Shown in pieces: positions 8,467 through 18,200 of a DNA stretch of 39,309 nt. Position 1 is the stretch's first letter. Every line of letters begins with the position of its first letter. The position numbers and the translations under genes are program-made. Source of the stretch: Flavobacteriales bacterium (GTDB lineage Bacteria; Bacteroidota; Bacteroidia; Flavobacteriales_F; PHOS-HE28); the NCBI GenBank assembly GCA_044347005.1, contig JBIIYD010000002.1, positions 1-39,309 of the forward strand, in the 5' to 3' direction. Below the pieces are notes generated by a model. It was not told where the DNA came from. It worked only from the letters and a program-made list of their open reading frames with translations, and ran no database searches.

Positions 8467-9105
8467 ATGTACCTGGCCCGCACCCCGGCCATCGTGAAGC
8501 CCCTGCTTCGGGACCTCATGTGGAACGTGGCAGGGACCGAGCGCACGGTTTACCTCACCTTCGATGATGGTCCGATACCCGGGGTCACACCCTGGGTATT
8601 GGACCTTTTGGAGCGGTATGGCGCCAAGGCCACCTTCTTCTGCATCGGGAAGAACGCGGAGAACGACCCGGGCATCCTGGAGCGTATCCGCCGGGATGGG
8701 CATTCCGTTGGTAACCACACCTATTCCCACCTGAACGGGTGGAACACGCCGACCTTCTCCTACCTGCGCGATGCCTTGCGTTGCCAGTCCATTACAGGCA
8801 CGGCTTTGTTCCGGCCACCATACGGCCGGATAACAAGGGAGCAGTTGAGCGCGCTGAAGGCACGTTTCCAAGTAGTGATGTGGGAGGTATTGAGCGCGGA
8901 CTTCGACCCCCACCTGGACGGGGAACAATGTTTTCGCAACGTGGTGGACCATAGCACCAATGGCTCCATCATCGTATTCCACGACAGCCTGAAAGCGGAG
9001 CCACGATTGCGGGTGGCCCTGCCCAAGGCCCTGGAGCATTTCGTGCAGCAAGGCTATGCCATGAAGGCCTTGACCGAGCTACCGATCACTGGGCGAGGCC
9101 GGTGA
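8467..9105 (+). CDS. Polysaccharide deacetylase, CE4/NodB homology domain
   Basis: ORF 8461..9105; the first ATG is at 8467, 14 nt after the DUF2723 stop. NodB motifs are present: TFDDGP, HSVGNHTYSH, LFRPPYG, and IIVFHD near the C-terminus. Confidence 0.85.
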   Translation: MYLARTPAIVKPLLRDLMWNVAGTERTVYLTFDDGPIPGVTPWVLDLLERYGAKATFFCIGKNAENDPGILERIRRDGHSVGNHTYSHLNGWNTPTFSYLRDALRCQSITGTALFRPPYGRITREQLSALKARFQVVMWEVLSADFDPHLDGEQCFRNVVDHSTNGSIIVFHDSLKAEPRLRVALPKALEHFVQQGYAMKALTELPITGRGR

Positions 9106-11296
9106 CCTTGTACTCGTTGCGTCGATTGGCGGCATGCTCCTCTTCGGTGCAGGCCACACCGGGAACGCACTGGTTGATGAGCTGCGAGATACCGTACCCT
9201 TTGGCGCTTACGCGTTCCTTGGGAACACCCTTGCTGCGCAGGTATTCCGCCATGGCTTCGGCCTGTTTCTGGGTCGTCTTCTGGGCTTCCTCGCGCTCGG
9301 TGCGCGCATCGCCGTGCACGCCCAGTTCAATGACCACGTCCGGGTTCACCATCAAGCGCTCGGCCAACTCGTCCAACTCCAGTTTCGCCCTGGCGTCCAG
9401 TACCGCGGAATTGGTCGCCCACCGCACGTTGCGCAAGGGGATCGCACGTCCCTTTTCGATCGGCTCGAACTCCAGTTGCCCCACTGAGTTGAGGTCGATG
9501 ACGCCCTCCTTCATTCCGATGGTGGAGACGGGGATGCTCATGCTGAAATAACCCGCCTTCTCGAAGAGCACCTCGAACTCCTCGTTACTCTGTAGGCGGA
9601 AACGGAAGCCTCCGCCCAGATCGGTGCGCTGGCTCTCCGAGAAGAAGCTGCTCAGGTTGACCACGCTCACGGTCATGCCTTCAACGAACCCGAGCTTCCC
9701 TTTGAACCTTGCATTGCCCCGCAACCAGATCCCCGCATCGGCGACCAAGTGCACATCCCTGGTTATGATCTGCTGCTGCTCGATGCGCTCGGTGCTGAAG
9801 AACTCCTCGCCATCGTAGCGGCCCTTCAATTTGGCCACCAAGCGATAGGTCTTGTCCTTTTGCACCGGGAACGAGAACTCACCCCGGTTGTCCGTAAGGG
9901 CGGAATCCAGCAGAGCACCCTTGTCGTCAAAAAGGAGGACCTGTGCAGCAATAACGGGGATCTCGTATTCGTCATCGATGACCGCACCGGAGCACAGGTA
10001 CTGCTGCTCCAAGGGTTTCAGCATACTGAAGGCATAGATGTCATCATCACCCACCCCGCCCGGCCGGTTGCTGGAGAAAAAGCCACGCGAGCCGGCAGGG
10101 TCTATGATGAAAGCGAAGTCGTCCTTCGGACCATTCACCGGGGCACCCACGTTGATCGCTGTGGAAAACCCCTTCGACCCACCGGGTTTGGCCGCGAAGA
10201 TGTCCATTCCGCCCAAGCCCGGATGACCATTGGAGGCGAAATACAACGTACCGTCGGCAGCGATGAACGGGAAGGACTCGTTGTACTTCGTGTTCACGGT
10301 CGGTCCCAGGTTCTCCGGTTCACCCCATGCACCATCGACCGATCTGCACATGTAGATGTCGGTGCCGCCGAGGCCTCCTGGCATATCGCTCACGAAGTAC
10401 AGCTTGCGTCCGTCCAAGGAAAGGCTCGGATGGCCGATGGAAACCTCAGCATTGTTGAACACGAACTGCTCATCTGCCGCGAATTCCTGGCCCGAAGCAT
10501 TGGCTTTATAGATGCCCAAGCGGGTGACCCCTTGTGAGCTGCGTTCCGATCGCCCTTGGAAATAACTGTTCCTGGTGAACCAGAGCACATCCCCCCCCGC
10601 GCTCGCTGTGGCCGGTCCATCGTGGAACTTGCTGTTCACCGTACCCTCCAGGATACGGGCATTCCCAAGGTCACCACCGGGGATAACGTCGGCCATGAAA
10701 AGGTCCAGGAAGGGTTGGTCGTTCATGGCGGCGCGGCGCTTGATGGCCACGGTTTCGTTGCGCGCCGAGGCGAACACCACCCTGTCGCTCGTGAACCAGC
10801 AGGTGCCGAAATCCGAATAGGGGGTATTGATGGCAACGGGTCGTATGGTGAATCGATCCGTGCTGGAAGCATACTTCCTCGCGAACCCGCTGATGTTGCT
10901 GCGTGCCGTGGTGGCCACATCGCCCTGTGTCGCCAGGTAGCGGTCCATCCACTCCTCGGCCTCCACATAACGTCCGTTGGCCTTCAACGCCTCGGCATAA
11001 TAGTAGAGGTCGATCGGTTCACGGTTGATGAACTTGACGACCACCGCATACCAGCGTTCGGCTTCCTGGGTATTGCCCAGCCGCATGTTGCTTTCAGCCA
11101 ATCGCTTCGTGACATGCTCGTTGACCGCACCCAATTCCGCCGCTACGGAGTAGGACTTGATGGCCCGGGCATAGGCCATTTGCTCATAATGGCGGTCGGC
11201 TTCGCGCACATAGGCGTCCGCACTGCCCTGTGCCCGAGCGGACCCTGCGATCAACAGGAAGCAAAGAAGGACAAGGATCTGGACACGCACCACCAT
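9086..11296 (-). CDS. PorE-like T9SS-associated OmpA family protein (TPR, PD40/TolB-type beta-propeller, carboxypeptidase-regulatory-like domains, OmpA_C peptidoglycan-binding domain)
   Basis: 736 aa with signal peptide MVVRVQILVLLCFLLIAGSARA. TPR-like helices lie at about aa 25-125. PD40-type blades: LSLDGRKLYFVSDMPGGLGGTDIYM, AADGTLYFASNGHPGLGGMDIFAA, PAGSRGFFSSNRPGGVGDDDIYAF. Two CRD-like beta-sandwiches are present (..LLFDDKGALLDSALTDNRGEFSFPV..). The OmpA_C end is VIELGVHGD...AEAMAEYLRSKGV...NRRNEYKV. It is the last gene of the co-directional T9SS array. Confidence 0.85.
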   Translation of the reverse strand: MVVRVQILVLLCFLLIAGSARAQGSADAYVREADRHYEQMAYARAIKSYSVAAELGAVNEHVTKRLAESNMRLGNTQEAERWYAVVVKFINREPIDLYYYAEALKANGRYVEAEEWMDRYLATQGDVATTARSNISGFARKYASSTDRFTIRPVAINTPYSDFGTCWFTSDRVVFASARNETVAIKRRAAMNDQPFLDLFMADVIPGGDLGNARILEGTVNSKFHDGPATASAGGDVLWFTRNSYFQGRSERSSQGVTRLGIYKANASGQEFAADEQFVFNNAEVSIGHPSLSLDGRKLYFVSDMPGGLGGTDIYMCRSVDGAWGEPENLGPTVNTKYNESFPFIAADGTLYFASNGHPGLGGMDIFAAKPGGSKGFSTAINVGAPVNGPKDDFAFIIDPAGSRGFFSSNRPGGVGDDDIYAFSMLKPLEQQYLCSGAVIDDEYEIPVIAAQVLLFDDKGALLDSALTDNRGEFSFPVQKDKTYRLVAKLKGRYDGEEFFSTERIEQQQIITRDVHLVADAGIWLRGNARFKGKLGFVEGMTVSVVNLSSFFSESQRTDLGGGFRFRLQSNEEFEVLFEKAGYFSMSIPVSTIGMKEGVIDLNSVGQLEFEPIEKGRAIPLRNVRWATNSAVLDARAKLELDELAERLMVNPDVVIELGVHGDARTEREEAQKTTQKQAEAMAEYLRSKGVPKERVSAKGYGISQLINQCVPGVACTEEEHAANRRNEYKVTGLAQ

Positions 11297-11300
11297 GGGA

Positions 11301-12230
11301 TCAGAAATAACGGGGTGAAATGGTGTTCCCTTTGACGAACCGGAGGTCGTAGTTGAGCATCAGCTCATGCGTTCCCGCATTGTATGCCCCGAGTGCCGTT
11401 GTGGTCATGTCGAAGGCATAACCGATGCGGAACTGGTCGTTCACCTGGTATTGCGCCAAGAGCCCGAACGAGTTGCCTACCCGGTACATGGCCCCGAACC
11501 AGACCCGTTCACGCAACAGGAAATTGGCGTTCACATCCAGGGACAAAGGAGCGCCTTCCACACGACGGAGCATGATCGACGGCTTGAACTTGAGGTCCCT
11601 GTTCACATCGAGCACGATACCACCGGTGAGGAAATAGTGCCTTACCTCGGATGCCGTTACCAAGGCATTTCCGCTGACCGCATCGATATCGTTCTCCAAC
11701 AACTTGGGAACGGATAGCCCGACATAGTAGCGCTGCGCATGCCAATAGAGCCCGAAGCCGAAATTGGGCAGTACCTGACCTTGGATATTGGTATTGGCGG
11801 GATCGACCTCCACGGTAGAGAGCGAGGCGATGTCCGCACTGTAGATATTCACGCCACCCTTCAGGCCGAAGGCCAAGCGGCTGTCGGCCCCGGTACGGAT
11901 CCGGTACGCATAATCCACTTGGGCACTTGTCTGTCGCACCGGCCCGGCCTTGTCGGTAATGGCCGAAAACCCGAGGCCCATATTCTGTGCCTTCAAGGGC
12001 GAGTGCGCAAGGAACGTTTGTGTGGTCGGCGCCCCATCGAAGCCCACCCACTGGTGCCTGCTAAGGGCCATCATGGTGAACACGTTGGCGCTGCCTGCAT
12101 AGGCAGGATTGATCGCCAGGGTGTTGAACATGTATTGACTGTACAGGGGGTCCTGCTGCGCACCTGCACAGAGAGCGCCGGACACACCGATCGTGGCGGC
12201 AAAGCAGCGGAGGATAGCTCTGATCGCCAT
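11301..12230 (-). CDS. PorP/SprF-family T9SS outer-membrane protein (partner of the 2914-aa cargo)
   Basis: ORF 11301..12236 begins with TTG. The first ATG is at 12230, 2 nt after the upstream stop. Signal peptide ..GALCAGAQQ is followed by DPLYSQYMFNTLAINPAYAG, the PorP/SprF N-terminal signature. The rest shows a beta-barrel-like alternating pattern and ends in ..SPRYF. Confidence 0.85.
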   Translation of the reverse strand: MAIRAILRCFAATIGVSGALCAGAQQDPLYSQYMFNTLAINPAYAGSANVFTMMALSRHQWVGFDGAPTTQTFLAHSPLKAQNMGLGFSAITDKAGPVRQTSAQVDYAYRIRTGADSRLAFGLKGGVNIYSADIASLSTVEVDPANTNIQGQVLPNFGFGLYWHAQRYYVGLSVPKLLENDIDAVSGNALVTASEVRHYFLTGGIVLDVNRDLKFKPSIMLRRVEGAPLSLDVNANFLLRERVWFGAMYRVGNSFGLLAQYQVNDQFRIGYAFDMTTTALGAYNAGTHELMLNYDLRFVKGNTISPRYF

Positions 12231-12232
12231 GA

Positions 12233-15200
12233 TCAACGGTTGATGTATACGTAACCGGTGAGGGGCTCCTTGCCATTGCCAAGGTCCAGCACATAGTAAT
12301 AAGTGCCCGCCGGTGCGGTGCCGGAGTAACTGCCGTCCGCCGAAGTGCCATCCCAGAAAACGGAACTATTGTCGTAGGCTGAACCTTTGAACATGGTGCC
12401 CCCCCAGCGATTGAAGATCACCAGCTCGTTGGATGGGTAGCCTTCGATGCCGGGAATGATGAACGCATCATTGATGCCGTCCCCATTGGGTGAGAACGAC
12501 TCGGGTACAAAAACATCACTGGTGAAGTCGCACGGGGTACCACCCGCTACACGCACGATCGAACAGGAGTACCGATCGGTCACGAATGCTTCGAAAGGTA
12601 CACTGGTGAAGATCGGCGCACTGGTGAACACGTAGGGCGCGGTGTCGGAAAGGGTCCCCTCCAGACCATCGACCGCGTAGGTCGAATCGTCACCTTCCGT
12701 AATGGTGAACGATACCGTATAAGTGCGGTCCTGTTCATAGCAGAGACGGACTATGTCCTGCACCACGACGCTTCCCACGACATCAACGACCACTTGGGCC
12801 GATGCCTCACCACAGCCCGCATCGGAAACTTCGTAGGTGAACACATAGCTGCCGGGCGCAAGACCAATGGTGTTCAGCAGCCCATTGTTCAACGCGGGCA
12901 GAGCCGGGACTATACTCCATTGACCTCCTGTCCATGGTTGACCACCGAGCCCGGTGAAAAGGTCCAGAGACGCGACAGTGTCACACGCCAACAAGTTGCC
13001 ACCCGTTCCAGCTACGGGTATCTCGCCGACAATGACCTGTACCACTGCACTGGAATCCGCGCAAGCGGAATTGCCTTCGATCGTATAGGTGTACTCGCCC
13101 TGTGGATCGGTACCCGGGACGAAGGTCCCCGAATTGACCGCGCCCTGTGGATCGGTCCAGATCCCGCCAAGGTCCGGGGATCCCTGCAGGATCGCGAACA
13201 GGTCTATCGGAGCAGCTGATACACACAAGGTGGTCTCCGATCCGATACCGGGATCCGGGAATGCGGAGATCGTGACCACTACCGTGGCACTAACACTTCC
13301 GCAACCGGCATCGACGACCGTGTATGTGTAGGGTGCCACTGTGCCAGCAGGTAGTATGGAGGCATCCAGTATGCCCCCCGGAAGTAGGGCACCGGTACCT
13401 AATTGATCGGTCCATGTACCACCACCAACAGGATCACCCGCCAAGGCACCGAAAAGCGCATAGGCTTGATCGGCCCCACATATCGTGACCGTGCTGTCCG
13501 CACCGGCACTTGTTCCTGTTGTAACGTTCACGGTGACCTGTGCCGATGTTGCTTGACATGGTCCATTGGAGGCGAAGGAGTATGTGAAGATCCACTGGCC
13601 GACCCCTGCTTGAGAGGGGTTGAAGACACTTCCGGCCAATGCGCCGGAAACCGAAACATCGGTCCAGGTCCCTCCGGTTTGGGCCAGGGGACCAAGCGCG
13701 GGGAAGAGGTCGACCGCGGTCTGTCCCAGACATGCGGATACAGTGGCACTCTGGCCCGGTATGCTGGCTTGAGTAACCCCAACGATCAACGTTGCAGAGT
13801 CATTGACGCAAGGCGCAGCACCCTCAACGATGTAGATATAGGGTCCTGGCTGATCGCTCGCAGGGTCGAAGAACACGCTGTGCACGCCGTTCGGACCCAC
13901 CCAAGTTCCACCAGCAGCTGGAGAACAGCCGAGCGATAACCGCATGTTGATGGGGGCCTGGCCCGAGCACAAATTGATGGAGGCATTGCAGCCGGCATTG
14001 GGTGCTTGTGGCTCCGCGATCGTTACGAACGCATCGTCATTGGGGCAGGGTGGTGTACCCACGACACGATAGCGATATACACCTGGACTGTTGTTAGCGG
14101 GATCGTATGTACCGGTCGTCGAATTCCCGTTGAAGGTCCAGGCACCACCGGTCATCGCATTCTGCCCCAATAAGGGGAATAGCGCCTGAGGAATATCAGT
14201 GGAGCAGAAAGCTATCGAGACATCGTTGCCCGCGTTCACCGCTTGTGTGATCTGCACGTTCACTTGTGCGGTATCACCGGGGCAGGACCCCACCCCGGGA
14301 ATGATGTACTTGTAGATGCCGGGGGGGTCGACCGCTGGCAAGACCACACCGGAGTGTGACAGACCAATTGGATCCAGCCAGAACCCGCCAGCATCCGGAC
14401 CGCAAGTAAGGGCGTTGATCAATTGCGTTGGTGCGTTCACCGTACAAAGGCTCAAGGCGCCATCGCATCCGGCATATGGGCCTTCGACAACGGATACCGC
14501 TACCAACCCGGTGTCACTTGGACACTGGGCCGAAGCACCCAGGATGTATCGGAAACGCCAAGTGGTACCAGCCGGAACAAGGGTAGCGTTGAATACCCCA
14601 CCCAAGAGCGCAGAACTACCATCGATATCCTGCCATGCGCCACCCGGCTGGGCTTCGGCACCCAGCGATTGAAATAGGTCGACGATCTCCGATTCGCAGA
14701 CGGCGATCGTGGCATCCGAACCAGCGTTCAACGCCTCCGATATCAACACAGTGACCGTTGCCGAAGCATTGGCACAAGGGCTCGTGCCGGGTACAGTGTA
14801 GGTGAAGTGATAGGTACCCGGTGCGATATCCGTGGAATTGAAGACGGAACCGCTGAGTTGCCCAATTCCATCATCATCGGCCCAGGTGCCATTGGTGCCA
14901 TAGGGCCCGATCAAGCCTTGCACGAGAGGTATAGCAGGGTCGTCCACACACGCTGTCAACGAACCGCCCACGCCTGCCAAGGGAGCTGCGATCCGGGTGA
15001 TCTGGACCTGAGCGCTTGCAGCAGAGCATGGTGCGCTGGCTGTGACCGTGTACACGTATGTACCCGACCCATCGATCGCGGGATCGAAAATGGCCGAGTG
15101 GGAAATTCCGCCAAAGGTCCATGACCCACCCGGGTCAGGAGTACCAGCGAGGCGGTCCGTCAGAAGGAATGGCGTCGCATCGGAACAAACCAAGGTCACA

Positions 15201-18200
15201 GCACTGAAACCTGCATCAGGAGCGGTGTTCTGGATGACATTGACCACGGAAGAATCGTTGCTGCACGGCGCCAAGGCTTGAATGGCATAGATGTATGCTC
15301 CTGCTTGCGAAACACCAGGGACGAAGGTGCCGCTGAACGGAGACCCATCAGGTGCGGTCCACGTGCCGCCTGTACCGGGTGACCCACCAAGCGAGGCCAG
15401 CAATTGAATAGGGGCCTGATCCGTACAAACGGTCAGCAACCCATCCTGGCCAGCATTGGGTGCCTGGTTCTGGATCACGGTGACCTGTGCCGTGGCATTT
15501 GCGCATGGAGCACCACCGTTCACCGTGTACGTATACACTCCGGGAAGGCTGGTACCCGGTAGGAATGTACCTGTGGACGGAGCTCCCAAGGGATCACGCC
15601 AATTGCCGTTCAGCTGAGGGGCGCAATTGAGCACGCTGAACAGTTGGAATGGAAGAGCATTGTTACAGATCGTAATGAGACCATTGCAACCAGCACTGGG
15701 CGCAGGGTTCACCACCACCGTGACCAATGCGAACGCGCTGCTGCACAGCCCCTGGCCGGGAACGGTGTAACGATACGTGCCGGATGGATCCAATGCGGGT
15801 AAGAACGTACCTGAGTGCACTACACCCAAAGGGTTGGTCCAAGTACCACCGACCTGCGCACCGGGCCCAAGCAAGGGAAGCAAATTGGTAGCCCCCGCTG
15901 TGCTACACAGTGAAATGCTGTTGCTTGAACCGGCATTGGCCGCTGGCGCTACCGATACGTTCAATGTCGAGGAAACGCTGGGACACGGTGCTTGACCCGC
16001 AACGGTGTATGTGTATGTGCCGGGTTGGGTAGTACCAGGGGTAAAGAATCCATTGGACGAGGCGGTCGATGGCGCAGGGCCTGTCCATGTACCGCTGAAT
16101 GCAGGAGTCCCCAACAAGCGGTCCACCATGGGGAAACCAGGATCACTGCTGCATACAGCAACGGCATTGCTTACCCCGGCACTTTGCGGTTGATTGACAG
16201 CCACCGTGACCGTGGAACTGACCGTGATACAAGGTGGCGCACCGATCACCGTATAGGTATACAGCCCAGGCGTTGTGGTCCCGGGAACGAATACACCGCC
16301 GAACGGGGCAGTACTTGGTGCAGGGCCCGTCCAAACCCCGGTAGGATCCGGTGATCCGCCCAGAACCGTCAGTAGGTTAACATTGGGTCCTCCGGCGCAC
16401 AAAGTGATCGCCGCGCTGTTCCCAGCGCTCGGCGAATCGTTCTCGAAGACCGATACCACGGCCACATCCGAGACACAGGGCGATTGACCGGCTACCGTGT
16501 AGAAATAATCGCCCGGTTCATCCACCCCTGGAAGGTAAAACCCGGAAGAAGGACCGTTGGGACCGACCCAAGAACCGCCGGCCTGTGCTCCCGGGCCGAG
16601 CAGGGAATTAAGCACTACGGGAGACGAACTGCTGCAGACGGTAATGGACGCATTCGATCCTGCATTCGGCGCTGGCACCTGACTGACCGTCAGGGTTGAC
16701 TGCGCTTGATTGCAAGGCACCTGACCACTTACCGAGTAGACATAGATACCGGGTTGATCGAGTCCAGGTACATAGAGATTACCATGTGGCAGTCCATTGA
16801 AGGACCAGGTACCGGGCTGTGGCGTGCCGCCCAGTTGAAGGGTCATGTTGAACGACCCGCCATCCGAGCATACCGATGTCGTGGAGGAGGTGCCGGCGTT
16901 AGGGGCTGCCACCTCATTGACCGTGATGCTGGCGGTAGCGTTCGCACAAGGTCCAGTACCCGAAACCGTGTAAACGAATACCCCACCATTGAACAACACC
17001 GGATTATAGATACCCGAAAAAGGGACCCCATTCCGCGTCCACACCCCACCGCTTTGTGGGTTTCCGCCCAACAGGGTGAAGAGGTTGAATGGCGAACTGT
17101 TGCTGCACGTAGCCACCGTACTGCTTTGGCCAGCATTGGGTTGAGCCACCACAGTGACCGTGACCAACGAGGAATCCGACGCACACGATACCGTACCCGT
17201 AAGCCTGTAGCGGAAGGAATACGTTCCGGCCGGGACAAGGGATGCATTGAAGAATTGGTTGGTAAGCGCCCCCGATCCATCCAGGTCCAACCAAAGTCCG
17301 CCGGGCTGTGGGGTACCACCCAGACCCGTGAAGAGGTCCACCTGTGTTGCAGTGCGACACACACTGATCGTGCCGTTCGTCCCGGCATCGAGAAGGCCTA
17401 CGATATTCACCACAACGGACGATGAAACATCACCGCATTGGCCGGTACCCAGAACCGTGTAAGTGAAATTGTAATCCCCGGCAGGCAGACCCAATGGACT
17501 GAAGAACTGTGCGCTCAATTGACCGGTGCCATCCACATCCGTCCATGTACCGACCGCATCGGGGGTTCCGCCCAAGCCATCGAAGAGGTCCACCACGGCC
17601 TGATCCGAACAAACGGAAAGCCCCCCACTGATGCCGGCGTTGGGCGCCAGGTTCACGATGGCCGTGACCACAGCGGACGACGGAACGCAAGGCGCACTTC
17701 CTGTTACGGTGTAGGTGTACGCACCTTGTTCGCTGGTCGACGGCTGGAAGATCCCCGACGATGGGCCGCCCGGTCCGGCCCAGACACCACCAGCATCAGG
17801 GGCGCCGCCAAGAATGCCAAAGAGGTCGACGGACGGATCCGTGGAACAGCGCTCGAACGAAGCAGAGGTTCCTGCAACAGGTTGGCGATTCTCGTTCACC
17901 ACTACGATAGCCGAGGCGTCAAGACAGGGGGTCTGGCCGGGCACCACGTATATATACCCACCCGGAACAGAGGTTGCAGGTACATAGACCCCTGCATCGG
18001 GCAATGCTTGCGGGGAAGTCCACGAGCCACCAAGGTCGGGGTTCCCGGACAACACATCGATCAGGTCGAAGGGGCCTTCACTGCTGCACACCGTGATCAC
18101 CCCATTCCCACCCGCATTGGGCGCAATGTTCACCGATACCGTCAACTGTGATGTGTCGTTGGAGCATGGTACCGTGCCTGCAACAACATAGGTATAAACG

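Noticed and set aside
9749-11335. 262-aa and 259-aa plus-strand ORFs (9749..10537, 10556..11335)
   Set aside because: They are antisense to the PorE-like OmpA family gene, whose TPR, PD40 and OmpA_C motifs are clear. They are shadow ORFs.
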